A stretch of DNA of 64,000 nucleotides, taken from positions 26,474,001 through 26,538,000 of the forward strand of contig NW_026262582.1 in assembly GCF_021869535.1 (NCBI RefSeq), read 5' to 3'. Origin of the DNA: Mytilus californianus. Its lineage: Eukaryota. Under the pieces are notes generated by a model. The model was not told the origin of the DNA. It saw only the letters and a list, made by a program, of their open reading frames with translations, and searched no databases. The first letter of the stretch is position 1. Each line of letters begins with the position of its first letter. A program made the position numbers and the translations under genes. Of this stretch, positions 63,294 to 64,000 are shown piece by piece.

Positions 63294-64000
63294 GTATAAC
63301 TAGACACATTCAATTTTTGTACTTAAAATATATATATATTTCTTTTCGAATATCGGTGGTTGGATACGTCATGTTCCTCAATGGATATAAGAGAGACAGA
63401 GATATTTTTTAAAAAATCAACAAAAAACAAATAGTTTTGTGAGTATTCAGACCTCCATATAACATATAAACTGTTTCTAAGTGAGTGGAACAACAAATGA
63501 CACAATCAGTCAGTAATTATTATAAATCAGCCATGGGAAGTATGCGCCAATGAAAGCCAATTCAATGACTCAATTATGATGTTAAACAGTACAAGTGCAA
63601 AGGTTTAACGACCCTCCTCTTTGTTGAATTTGGCCAGTAAAATAATGAACGGTACTTAGAAAAACGTACATAAATATTAGAACATAAAATATAAAATGTA
63701 CTTAATTCTTACACATCTGTATAAAAACAACAAATCTCAAATAAATGTAACAATTACACTGTACAAAAGAATTCGTGCAGACTCTGAAGTCAGTTCTACA
63801 TCTGCTGATTGCAAATCAAAACCGTATTAATGTTTTAGGGGCGCACGCATTTTGGAAAAGTTATATATACAGGACCATCATACACATAAAGGAAAATACG
63901 ATGTTTGGTGATTAATAGTCAACTAATGTATTTAGAATATTAGTGAATTGCAGACTGTATCGTGTATGCATACCCGAAAGCTTGAAAACAAATAGATCAA

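Overview
AT-rich eukaryotic DNA. The repeat families resemble those of bivalves, most likely a Mytilus-type mussel; this is inferred from sequence style, not from a database match. The main feature is a tandemly duplicated cluster of immunoglobulin-superfamily type-I membrane receptor genes on the + strand. Their layout is an atypical N-terminal V-like Ig exon, four more Ig exons (each phase 1-1), a transmembrane exon and a tyrosine-rich tail ending in an ITIM/ITSM-like YINL motif. Copy A (about 12.0-40.6 kb) is a pseudogene with several lesions. Copy B (55.85 kb to beyond the window end) has one stop, in its fourth Ig exon. An orphan last exon of a third paralogue lies at about 46.9-47.5 kb. 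No signal-peptide exon was found for any copy. Intron 2 of copy A is 21 kb against 2.4 kb in copy B; it holds a decayed Ngaro/DIRS tyrosine-recombinase retrotransposon and a structurally complete ISL2EU-type DNA transposon (THAP-DDE transposase plus SAP-SWIM-YqaJ exonuclease). The window also contains Penelope-like retroelement fragments of two architectures, a nested Tc1, decayed hammerhead-ribozyme repeats of two kinds, SINEs, Helentron-type non-autonomous elements, MITEs and several long hairpins. There is no rRNA, true tRNA gene or CRISPR array.
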